Assembly (NCBI GenBank): GCA_904063045.1
Contig: CAJFCJ010000007.1
Span: 3,355,404 to 3,419,403, forward strand
Direction of reading: 5' to 3'
DNA from: Dimorphilus gyrociliatus
Lineage: Eukaryota > Animalia > Annelida
DNA length: 64,000 bases
This document shows, piece by piece, positions 41,042-53,421 of the stretch. Numbering within the stretch: the stretch's first letter is position 1; the number at the start of each line of letters is the position of its first letter. The notes beneath the pieces are model-generated. The model did no database searches. It worked only from the letters and a program-made list of their open reading frames with translations, and was not told where the DNA came from. Made by a program: the position numbers and the translations under genes.

Positions 41042-43847
41042 TCTCTCCCCGCAGCGTCTCTCTTATTTTTTACTGCACTCTTATTTCTATATTAGTATCA
41101 CTACGCGTAAATTATTGAACATAGTTTGGTCGATATAATGATTTGTCTGGAGAGGTTGAAATGATAGTTAAAAAAGAAAAACACGCGGAAAAGATAGCGA
41201 AGGCTGGAATAGGGGAAAGAAAAAAAGGCAAAGTACTGAGTAGATAAAGTAAAGATCTAGTCATTTTTACTAGGAGAATAAAGTTGAATAGTGGAAGGAA
41301 CACGAAGCCTATCTATTAATGATCAATTCCCTATCATAATATTAAGAGGTATCTGATTTTCCAACAGTTACAATAACGTTTTCATGCGCTCGTACACACG
41401 CATAAAAAGGGGAAATAAAGAGATTCCTGCTGTTGTTAAATGTAACGATAATGGATATAAATAGCAAATTGTCATTGCGTCTCCAAATTCTCCTGCGTAC
41501 ATAAACAGAAAATTAGGGTTTCGATTGAAGTTTATCTATTCTATACGGCGGATGCCGTGAAATAGACACCATTAGTGATGACGAGCTCCAGACAGTTAAA
41601 GAATTAATATTACATAATCTATCTGATAATGGTCTGAAAGTTCCATTATTAAACTCTCCATATACAAGAGTTATCTTAATTTAGCCGTAACTGTCAAATT
41701 AATGTTTTATATAATTAATGCGCGTGTTCTTTTTGGATCATTTATCTTGGATCAACTGTTAAGAGATCTATGTCTCTTGGCAGGGGAGCTATTTTTTAAA
41801 AGGTTCCCTATCTATCTGTCTTTCTATATCTCTCTTTCTCCCTCCCCATTCTCCTCGTTCTCGCCTTGTGTCAACTTGTAACTAACTTAGGGAAAACAAA
41901 CTCTAACCGTCAGAGAGTGTGGGTCATCGCAAACCCTTTTAAAAGGCAGTACAGTATACTTTTACAGTGATTATATTAAAAACACACGTACGGACCTGTC
42001 GCCCGATGTCATCTATACACTTTAGAGGAAGATGCGTTACGTTATATAAAACTACCTCAAATCTACTATTGATAAAGTTTGTGAAATGTTAATTCCAGAT
42101 CTTATGGACGGCTCCTTTCATGTAGTCTTTTTTTAAATATTCATATCATGATGATAAGTAACGGTTGTAGCCATCAGCTTTCGCTCCCTTTAACATTTCT
42201 CCTCTCTTCGCCTTCCTTATAAACTATGAAAAGGAAAAGAAAAACTTGATAATCATTTTTCTTAGTTTTCCAACAAAACTCTGATAATTTCTTAAAACGG
42301 AATAGCGGAGAGTAGTTCATTAGAAGTTGTACCGTTATCGATAGTGCCTGGGGGTACCCTGAAGGGTATGGTGAGAACGCTCAGGGGTCGATTAACGGCT
42401 CCACCAACATTGAACCGCAGGAGGTTATTGCTCGAATGGGTTCGGAATTGGCGGAGTTAGTTATCGATAAGGGTTTACAATTGGAATATCGTGTCAAGGG
42501 CCATCTAAATACAATTAAGAAAAATAGTGGGCTGATAATTTTACTAAATCAATTTTTTTTATATCTTCTCTTTTCTATACTAAGTTTCTCTTTATACAAA
42601 AAAGAGAAGGCAATAAAATAAAAAAGAGACGGTGGGAGGAAGTGTGGGCGTTAAAGGTAAAGAGTTCTCAGTTTGGCGGCGGTGTAGGAAAAGAATTAAA
42701 GGTAAGAAAAAGAATTTCAAAAAGAAAATTAGCATGGGGTAAGGGAGAAAGGAAAACGGGATACCCTTTAAACAGTATATCAGCGTCTAGGCGACGGTAG
42801 CCGAAATATTTAAATAATAAATAGGTTGTTAGAGAGAAAAAAAACGTAGGTGAAACACATCAAGATAACATTTTTGACTTGGATGAAAAAAACGATCTAA
42901 AAGAAGAATTGAAGGAGAGGAAAAGTAAGATAAACGAATTCTCTATTGTTACGTAAGACCAACAAAATTGATATGATTCTTATTTGTATTACTTTTGCCT
43001 AAGGGTTTCATACTTGGAAAAAAATACTCTCTTAACGGAATAAACAACAAAAAAGGCCTTTTTTTATTATTAAATTCTTTTAGTTTCTTTTATTCTCTTT
43101 ATAAACAAATATGAATTTTCCATTTATATAAATAATTGTATTATATATACAAAGGTACAGAAATATAACCTATGTAAAATATATATATACAATATACGTT
43201 TACGATGATGAGGAGGAGGAAGGTGATGAAGAGATGTTAGGATTGATTGGAGAAGGAATAGGAGTAGGAGAAGTTGAAGATAAAAACGAAAACAAACAAA
43301 CAGGCAAACAAACATAATTCAGCGTATATAATAACAAAAATACTGGAATGCCTAATTAGGCTAACAATATAGGTAAGAGATAATAATAAACTCGTTATAT
43401 CGTTTGGTTTTTTTAAGACCAAAGTGTTTCCTTTCATTTAAGCACCATTCGATCACGTCACAAAGAAGAATAAAGAACAAAGCAACGACCTTAGTGAAAA
43501 GTAAATAGAACAAGTACAGATAGGAACAAACAGAGAAAGAAAATAGGAGAAATAAACCGAATGAGGAGAAAATGAACGAAAAAAAGAAACTTAATAAAAA
43601 GTAAGTATCGTTTTTTCTTTTATTCTCTCATTCTTCTTGTCTATTCTTCATTTCACACATGCGCTCTCTCTCTCTCTCTGTCTCTCGCCTTTTCTTTCTT
43701 TTGGTTGTTAAATACATAGACGCATTCTCTCTCTTCCTTGTGTAAATCTTACAATATGAAGATATTTATATAATTTCTTTTCCTAGCTTCCTTTACTCTT
43801 CTGTCCTTCTTTGCTTTTTTTTTTCGACTCGATGTAACGCTCTCGTG

Positions 43848-46259
43848 CTAATGAACTTCCGTTTGAGGGGTTAAGGCACTAATGAAATCCTTTCTTACTA
43901 GTTGAATTATTTTAGATATTTTATCCATCCAATCATCCCTTTCTTCTTCGCTACTTGCGCACAATTTGTATACTTCGTGTCGGCCAATGTGAACGCTGCC
44001 GTCAGATGTTTTCTTACAAGCTTTAATTGACCTGCTTCTATTATGGCTTTGATAGATTTCGAAGGTATATTGACCGTACTTTTCCAATGAGGCGTCACAC
44101 TGTCGGACGCTCAAGTTCTCTCCCAAAGGTATTATACCTTTAGGCTCTTTATCGGTTGAATATTGGAAATAGAATAGACAACTATTAGCCAAAACGAACC
44201 ATCGACGTTTCCAAGTTTTCAAATTTCCACCTGTAGATGGCGCCAAATTGTTACTCATTATTGAACAAACATATTTTTGAATGATCATACCTTGTTTAAG
44301 CATCCAACCTTCCTTTTCAGCCTCAAAGAAAGTCATGTTCAGATCGTCGGCATCATCAGAGTCGAGTTCTAATGGTTCATTTTTTAATGTTTCATAATAG
44401 AATGGCAAACTATCTTCGACGTTAACCAAACTACTTTCTTTTTTTACCATTTCCATAACAACTCTCTTATATTGACCAAAAGTCATTTTCTCTTTGACGC
44501 TCGGATTATGCAAATCGGTATTTAGCATTATAAAACTAAAGCACAACATAAATAATGCGTCATTTGTCAACGCTGTTGGATTGACTTCGTTATACCGTTT
44601 GGCAAACATTTCAACAATTCGGCCTATAACCTGAGATTCTCCAGGAATTCTGAAGCTGTATAAAAATTGTCTCAGAGCTTGTAAAATGTTCAATCTCTGA
44701 ATGGGTTGCGCATCTATAAAACATCTCAGCACCTGCCGATTATAATCGTTGTTCTCTCCCAAATATTTTCCTATCTGCGTCTTATTTAAACCTCCCGTCA
44801 TCAACAAGTAGTTGGCAATGGATTCCGCCTCATTTTCAATAATATCCGATTCGATCAAGTGTTCAATTCCCTATTTACAGAGCATTTTGAATAACCGTTA
44901 TGCGTATAAAAGCGTAAGAGAGGCTTTTTATAGAGCCTTAATTACCTTTTTCGGGTCTACGTTAAACTTCTTTCTGGCTTCGCACGCTAGCCTTTCTCTT
45001 TCAATTTCACTACAGGAAGAGTAAAATAACGATAGAATAAAGCAATAAAAATGATAAAAAGAAAAAGGAAGATCAAGATAAGAAACGGATTTCAAATCGA
45101 TAATAAAAAAAAGCGTTGGAGAACCGGAAGATTTCGAGTGGGAAAAGACGCCAAAAGGAATCTTTTTTGTTAATTTATATATCTATAGCGAAAAAAAAAA
45201 GAAGAAAAAAAGGTAAAGGAACGCCAAGGTCAGATAGGAGCGGGCAGAGAGGGGAGGAAAGGGGAGAGAGGGGAGAAGGAGAAGGAGCAGGTGCAATTTT
45301 TACGTCTCTTCACCTCCTCGCCCACTAACCCCCCCTTACGAATTACACAATGTAAAAAAGTCGAAAACATTCCGATGTAACTCAAATAACCCAACGGCAA
45401 TGATCGCCTTAGACGAGAGCAAACTTTACTAAAAACCTTACATCAATTATTTCTTGCTCGCCGCCTATTTATGTCCTTTGAACACAACAGATGTTTCTTA
45501 TATATTGACCACTTTTAAGTCTACGAAGCCAGTTGTAAATATAAAAAGACGATTCCTTTCTTCCCATTATTGGTTAGAATCGTTTAAATTGATCTTAAAA
45601 GTGTTTTATTTGTTATTGGAAGGAAAATTTGTGGACAGTTTTAAAAAGAAAAAAAAAGCGTCTAAACGCTCTCTCTTTCCCTCTCTTTTATCTTTTGCCG
45701 CTAATCTTAATTAATGATAGGTTCAAGCATTCTTTTCCATTTAATCTTTTAAAACCTTTTGGTCTTTTCTTGCTCCACTCAAAACCTCCCTCCCATTTCT
45801 CCTTAGCGTGCCCTTTAATTAAAATACTAACTCGTCTAGACGATTAATGTTGTTGTTATTGTTGTTGTTGTTGTTGTTGTTGTTAACGTTGGTCGAATAT
45901 TTGTCAATTGTCTTTTGTTGTGGTCTCGTTAGAGATGAAGAATTCTGTAAATAGAACGGCAGGGTATAAAAAATAAGTTAGATAAAAATAGGAAACGCTT
46001 TACACGGTCAATTTGGCGCCGAAACTTATGAAAAAGGCGCCGATCGCCGTTGGACGCCGACTGAACGCTGCCAGAGTTGACAGAATAAACGTTACAATCA
46101 TTTATAAATGGGAAATTTATAGAGCGAAAGTTTATACGCCGGGAAAGATTAAACAAGGGTTTTTTTCTCCCTATTTTTTCTCCTACTCGTCCGACTCCCC
46201 ATATCGAATAACACGGAGAAGAAAGGCGGCTACCTGACCCTAAAAGGTCGCCTGAACAT
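43848..46259 (-). CDS. CYTH: Cytohesin-family Arf-GEF (Sec7 + PH), divergent, about 409 aa in the best model
   Basis: Firm exons: 45009-44946 (ARKKFNVDPKK), 44870-44291 (GIEHL..FRIPGESQ..MLNTDLHNP) and 44230-43848 (GGNLKTWKRRWFVL..). Phase-compatible upstream exons 45944-45832 (poly-Asn), 46067-46004 and 46259-46234 are less certain. An alternative first exon at 47565-47476 is possible. Confidence 0.9.
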
Positions 46260-46752
46260 AAGGTTATGAAAGACGGACGTTGGCCGGTTAACAATACTAA
46301 GGGCACCTCCCGAGCGTCAATTTTCAATTCGATATAATAATGAAAAAAAATCCTACTTCAAAACCGTCTCTTAAATAGGACAAGAATAGAAAGATTGCCC
46401 TTGAATACATATAATTATATGTATAAATCTTGGACGGTTAAGAGCGTCTATCCATACGTGGTGGCACTTTAAATAAGGCAGAGAAATAAATAAAAAAAAA
46501 AACTAACGAGGACCTCCCGCAGGTTCAAAAATACAATTTTACGATCTCTTAACGTACTTGCCTTATTTCTTAACTAACCCTGCAGGTGCACTGACACGCG
46601 CCCGTTAAGGAATATTAAGGAAAAATTGCGCTAATTGCCCAAGAAAAAAAAAAAAAGGAAAAAAAAACTCTACCGCCCCACCTGCGACAGGTTTACGTAA
46701 GGGTAAAATACTGAAGAGGGGATTGACAACTATGCTTTTTTAGGGAGAAGAG

Positions 46753-46786
<34 letters not shown>

Positions 46787-49157
46787 AAACGTTATTAGGC
46801 ATACGATGATGATGCCTAGTATAAGAAAAAAATAAGTCAACTCTTATCTTCCTTTCAACGACGTTAATATTCGTTTAAAAAGTAATAAGAAAATGGAATA
46901 TTTGAATAAAAAGAATGAAATAATAGCCTAACCGGGAGGTGTTTTGTATTTTTTTTTCACACGGTTAAGCGAGCTACCTGAAAAAAGGTCTAATTTACGC
47001 GCGAATAATAAAATTGAATTGATAAGAAGATGAGGTAGAACACGTGCGTCGAGTAAAAGAACGTGCTCAATCATCTTAGGCCCCGCGTGACAGTGGATCA
47101 TTACGAATTCGGGAAACGCCCCGGGCTTCCGTCGTCCAAATTCGAACTAGTACTCATTCTATAACCGAGCTTCCGGCAAACTATAGAAGAGTAGGCGGGG
47201 AAGCGTTTATATTTATTATAGTGGCCCCGTATAGGCCTGTTGACTGTGGGCATTCGTTATATTTATAAACATTGTATACATATTTATATATAAATACATA
47301 TGGATATGCGTATAAATCGCTTACACGGACAACAAGGTATGCATGATATGCTTAGCGTATATATGCATAGCATATATATAAATAATATATATGTGAACGA
47401 CTCCGCATATTTAAATATCAATTAGGGAATTTTTTTACCAAGCGTTGAATAAGAAAGGAAAATACTGCCGCTTACCTCTAGATGACGTTGTCTCTTCACC
47501 GACTTTGATGAGACGCATCCGCAAGAGAAATAGGAGATAACGTGTTCCAGTAAACCGTTTTTCATGGTTGTTGTATTATGTGTTTTTTCTCTCTCTTCTC
47601 TTTTTCTCCTTTTTTCCTTTTTCCAATTTTAAACAGCTATTCCAAAGTTGTTTTGAAATTTAAACAAGCTTTCTTTCCTTCTCTTTCTCTCTCTCTCTCT
47701 CTCTCTGTCTGTCTTTTTCTATCAAGTAGGTAATCTCGGAATGTGAAAAAACTCTTTGTTTTTATCTGTTCATTCGATTCCTCTTATCACACAGGGTATC
47801 TGTTGTTTTCTTCCTTCTCTTTTAGGAAACAAACCAATTTATCTTTCTCACTTTCAGAAGGCTATCTTTGATGAAGGACAACTATCTTGTATGGCCCGTG
47901 AACTGGGTCGTTTATACAAGAGAAATGCGGCACGTAACGACGAAAGCGCCACCTGCTCACAGGCTGGTGTACTAAACAATTATCAGATATACTAGACGAT
48001 TCGCGTTTTTTCCCAAAGCGTTTCCCGAGGTGACAGCGCCATCTACATACGTCGGTTTTCAACTCGCCGAACCGGTTGAAGAGTCAAACACTCGAAGCGA
48101 AAAAAATTGTTTGAGAAACAATACGGTTAGACTGGCCTGACCCCTAAATGACCCTACTTTAGTCGACCTAAAGTAAATAAGGCCGGGGCTATTTGGGGTT
48201 TTTTTAGCCAGTTTCCGATTACACTCGATCGGGCTTATTCTCATTGTCGACGCTTGGTTCAATGAAGATTGTTGAAAGACTATCCAATTTACACTTCCTG
48301 CTAGAAAGCAAATCGCACACAAATATATAATATATGTATATTATACCGGTTGTTCATGGGAAATCTAGGGCCGATAAAGCATCCCTAATGAATTACTTTC
48401 CCCTTCTCTCCCTCTCCCCCTCTCTCTCTCTCTCTAACCCTTACCCCCCCTACGTTCCGTTACTCTACATAGCGCGCGCGCCGACCATAATTTGAAACAA
48501 AATTGCATGATAGGCCCAATAAAGGCTACCGTTACATTGAAAAAAAGTTAAAAAACAACTTGCAGGTGTTTGACATTTTCGACACATAAAAATATTGTTA
48601 TCCCTTAGCTAGAGGCGCCTTGCTGGGCATTCTATACAGGTCTTTAAAAGACTTTTACAATTTTTTTACGGCCTACCGTCCTATTCAATCCGCATCACCC
48701 CCTCCTGTATATAGGCCTGTAATTCCTCTTTTTGTTCAGTCATAACCGAAAAAGGAAAAAAAAATCCCACCCACTTCCCCACCTACTAACCAACAGTAAA
48801 CATTCAATAAATGTATAAATAACTATTAAATAGAAATCTATCCAGGTGAGATTTACGCGTAATTCGATTTGATAGAAGATGCGTAAAAAAATTCTGCCTA
48901 CTTAGAAATAAAAAGGAATACAATGAAAAGAACGGTTCCTTTTTTTTATTATTCTTCAAATATACACACATTGAACATTGAACAGCCCCGTTTTCAAGTA
49001 CATTCTTCTACCCTTTCAAAAATGATTTACGCGTCTGATAAAAAAAAAAAGAGGATAAAAAAATAGGGATATTGAATAAAAAATCGGGGTAAAGGATAAG
49101 AAGAGAGAGAGAGAGAGAAATAGAGGCGGAAAGATAAGATTTACCTGGAGATTGGAA

Positions 49158-49188
<31 letters not shown>

Positions 49189-49722
49189 AGGACGGGTGGG
49201 TAGGCAAGCGAGCGAGCGAGCGAGAGAGAGAGAAGAATAGGAAAAATGAGGTAAAGAAAAGGTGAGAAAAAAAAGAAATACCTAAACGTCACAACATGTC
49301 AAATTTGCAAAAAAGAAAAGACGAGAGAGAGAGAGAGAGGAGGAGGAGGAGGAAAGAAAGAAAGGGAAATGGACATTACCATAGCGCTTATTAAATATTT
49401 TGTTAAAACAAATCAAGATGAGATAAGATAAAAAAAATCTGGATGAACTCTTTTGTAATCCTTCTTGATGAAATTATGCTCTGTAGACAAAAAGTTTTAC
49501 TAAACATTAGTTAAAATTGAATAAGTTTGAACATGTTATCATTACATTCGTTTACTTAGACACATTTATATATATATATATATATATATTAATAACAAAT
49601 TTGATTAACTAGTACTCTGTCGTTAGCAACGCCTAGATTCATCAAACAAAGAGTAACTTTGATATTTCCATTTTAAAAAGGACATTTGTTTAAGTGAGAG
49701 AAGAGAAGGATATAATAGAAAA

Positions 49723-52700
49723 ATGTCTAATCCGTTGACAGAGGAACGTTTAAATAAAATAAAAGGTATTCATTCAAAAAAATTGAATTTATAGTTGTTG
49801 TCATCCTCTTCTATTCTGTTTATTCAGATAGCGCAGCATCTTTTCTAGAGTCTTTTGGTGTTGAATTCACAAAAAGCTATGCATTATCTTTAGTGATTTC
49901 CGCTCAGGAAAAGGTTCAAGTTTACGAAGAATTAAGAAAGTTATTATACAGAGACGTAAGTTATATAACTATTTTATGAATTGTTATTCTTATTTATGAT
50001 CTATATTGTTATTAATATTCCTCTTTTTGTAATAATGAAAGTAATAAAACAATCATAAATTTCCCAAGCACGATATAATAAATTCTATGTTTTTATTGCC
50101 ATTGGAAATAGTTTGGAAGCGTACCAAGAAAGAATCTATTCTCCGGTTACGTTTATATAAAGGAAGGCGAAGGTCCAGGTTCATTCTCCGATAAATGGCA
50201 AAGATTGTTTGTTGCCGAACAACTCGACTATAATTTGGCTATTTATAACTCAGAAGAGGATTTTAAAAATACTAAGGACAAACCGAAAAAAGTTATTAGC
50301 TTAGCCGGTTATCAATTGACAAAGGAGCCGAGAAAAAGTTATGAGAAGGTGGCGAGAAAGCTATCAAACTCCTTAGGTAGGAATTTCTATTCAATATGTC
50401 GAAAGCGGTCGACTGAACATCGTCCTTTGAACAGGGTTAGGAGACGACGGCATACCCATAAGCTTTTCGCCCTTTAGCTGGGCGTTGACCCATGATATTA
50501 GGGACAACTACGTCATGCAAATGCATAAGGGAGCTAGTGTAAGGATACATATATATATTTTTTAATTTTCGCCCCTTTAATTCAATCATACGTAACCTCC
50601 TTTTCATAAAAAAACCGTTACTAATGAAAAATACATAAAAAATGGTGAACGTCACCCCATCTTTTTTAGATTTTTCATACTTTCTTTTTCAACTTCAACT
50701 AACTCTAGACCATAAAAATATTCAATAGGCCAAGTTTTGTAGTTGTATAAGAGGGCCGACGGTTGAGCCTGAGGATGTTGGAAAAGCGGAATACGATAAG
50801 GATGGAATGAAATGGATAACGACCATCGACAGATGCGTAAGACGCGTCAAAGGTATAATAACAATAATAATTAAAGTGACGTTAAACAGTTTTTTTATGT
50901 AAAAACTTTTTTTTATCTATTCAATTTTTATTTACTAATAAAAAAATGTTTTTTGAATAAAAGCGAGGGATTTAAAGAGTGTGACTGGTCGGGCTTTTGA
51001 TATGGCTGTTAAGAGGGCCATTCAAACCAATTCCGAATTAAAAGGTTTCAAAACTGATGGTACTGAAGAGGAAATTCTTATGGATTTACTTGCTGAATTA
51101 TGCGTTAAACCAGTCTTTGAAGAAGCTTGTAAAGATATTGATGCACCTGGAGGAATGAGAGCTTTTATATATTATAAAGTAGGTTTAATTAGCTTTTATG
51201 AAATTAATTAATATTAGTTTTTTATCAATAGATGAGAGGAGTAACTTTCCAAGCTTTAAAGAAAATGCTAGATGAAGCTTGGTCAGCTCTGAAGCAAACT
51301 GTCGATAAAATGACCGAAAAATTAGAGGAAAAGATATCTTCATTATACAACAAAATATCCAATATTAAGGAGGATGGAAAGGCTAAGATAAGAGGTTCTT
51401 TACTGATATAATACTTTTTAAAATTTAATTTGATATCTCATATCTTATCTTTTAAAAAGTCGACTCAATTCAATATTTTATCTTAGTTATTTTTTTACAT
51501 AGGAGCGGTCACTGATAAAATAAGTGAAAAATTGAATGAAGTCGTTAAACCAGCAGTTAAACCAGTTTTTGAAGTTTTTAATAATCCACTTAAACAAGGA
51601 CTTGTCGAAGTTCGTAATGTTCTTAAAAGTGAAATTGGAAAGTTAAAGAAATTAACTAATAATGACCTAGATAAAATCCCTAGAAGTAAAACAAATATGG
51701 CGGGTTTTAAAAAATTAACTGCAGACACTCTTAAGGCTTTAGAAGCCCTTAAGAAAAAGTTCCCGCTATTATTCGAGCACGTGGAAGTTATGACTTTAAA
51801 GCAATCTATACAAGATGTTCTTTACAGAGTGAGTATAATATATTAAAACCCATAAAATTCCAAACGTTCCATTGTACTCTTTTTTTTTTCTTTTTTTATT
51901 TACAACATTAACAGACAGCCGACGCCGTCGTTAATACTATCGAATTAAGATTGAAAGATAACGCCGAAGCCAATTCAGATCAATTATTAAACGACACTCT
52001 AAAGGTAACAATAAATTATTATTAAGTGGGAGGAGTGTACATTTATATATATACAGTATATATATATATATACTGTATGTATGAGTGTACATTAACAAAA
52101 AAAGAATAAAGAACATTTTCGTTTCCCGCCAAAAACGAACATTCTTCTTTCATGTTCGTAAAAGAAAACATATTAATGTAGCAACTTTTCTTGTCACCTA
52201 TTAAGGAATTCGACTACGATGCTGAAATAGTACAAGCGCAATTCTTAGTCAGCGTTATGCAATTGGTATTCGTCGGCGGCTTCAAAAGAATCGTTAACCC
52301 GATAGTTGAACCGGTAAATATTACGCTTACTTCGAATATATTAAATTTAATTTTTTCCCTTTTTTCCCCTCTTTTCATCCTAAATCCTTTTATAATATAG
52401 TAAATAATTAAAAGTAAACTCTAGCTAGACTTTTTTCAATTGTTTAAATACGAAAATACTTGTATTATTATTAAAAAAACAAAACCAATATGAATATAAT
52501 TATCATATGTCTGCGTCTTATCAGATTTTGGACACCTTAACCGGTTTTATACCGGACGAAGTTGAAGAATTTGTTAGCATTCAAGCCTTGTACGACGATT
52601 TTATCGAACTTTTCGTATCGGAACCAATACATTCAGGTATGATTAATTAGAGGATGGGTTTTTTTTTCTATTGATAAGATATAGGCCTAATGTTGTTGTT

Positions 52701-52982
52701 ACGTTTTCAGTTGTATATCAAGAATACCCGTCCGCTAAGCCTAGGAGAAAAGGTGAGAAAGCCGCCGAAGAGGAGGCCGTCGGAGAGGAAGCCGCCGAAA
52801 AGGAGGCCGCCGGAGAGGAGGCCGTCGGAGAGGAAGCCGCCGAAAAGAAGGCCGTCGGAGAGGAAGCCGCCGAAAAGAAGGCCGTCGGAGAGGAAGCCGC
52901 CGAAAAGAAGGCCGTCGGAGAGGAAGCCGCCGAAAAGAAGGCCGCCGGAGAGGAGAAAGAGATGCCATTAGAGGAAATTTAA
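49723..52982 (+). CDS. Niban/FAM129-like PH-domain protein, about 649 aa, 12 exons
   Basis: Exons 49723-49765, 49828-49955, 50112-50376, 50435-50538, 50729-50852, 50964-51178, 51232-51394, 51503-51828, 51915-52004, 52206-52313, 52525-52636 and 52711-52982 are GT-AG and in phase (1950 nt). Motifs recall Niban: KWQRLFVAEQLDYNLAIYNSEEDF..PKKVISLAGY, KWITTIDRCVR, GTEEEILMDLL, EFDYDAEIV. Confidence 0.8.
52755..52949 (+). repeat. Coding minisatellite: 13 x 15-nt units with a 30-nt higher-order repeat, encoding (EEAAE-KKAVG)n
   Basis: Units of the form RAG-RAR-GCC-GYC-GRA from 52755 to 52949. The 30-mer GAGGAAGCCGCCGAAAAGAAGGCCGTCGGA is repeated identically three times. Confidence 0.95.
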
Positions 52983-53421
52983 ATTTTATAGTATGATTCC
53001 TCTCTTTGACATTAATAAGATTTGAAAATTGGTTTCATCCAACCAATCCTTCTCTCTCCTTTTTTCTTTCTCTCTATCTCTTTCTGTTATATTTTATCCC
53101 CTCCCCCTTTTTCTATCTTTTTACCTATTATGCTCCTGCCTTCCCCCACCTCTTTCCCCCCCCCCTCACCTACCCCCCGCCGCTCCTGCTCTATAACGAA
53201 ACTACATTAGCATAGAATTAATTGTTAATTACTAATTGATAGCAATCAGAATACAAAAAAAAATCGTTAGACGCTTAATTTAAAGACGATCGAAATAAAT
53301 TGAATAACAACATAATAAAACTCTACATTTTGAAAAAATGACAAAAAAAAACAGATGATAAGACAATCAACTAAAAGATGAATATAAAAGAGAAAGGTGA
53401 CAGGGAATAATGATCTTAATT

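Noticed and set aside
15291-46581. Recurrent TTACGTAA (PAR-bZIP D-box) palindromes
   Set aside because: Only a handful of copies, within a few-fold of the expectation for AT-rich DNA, and not clustered.
52690-52971. Arg/Pro-rich ORFs in the alternative frame and antisense of the Niban-like tail
   Set aside because: They are open only because the 15-nt repeat has no stop codons; the splice phase selects the Glu/Ala/Lys frame.
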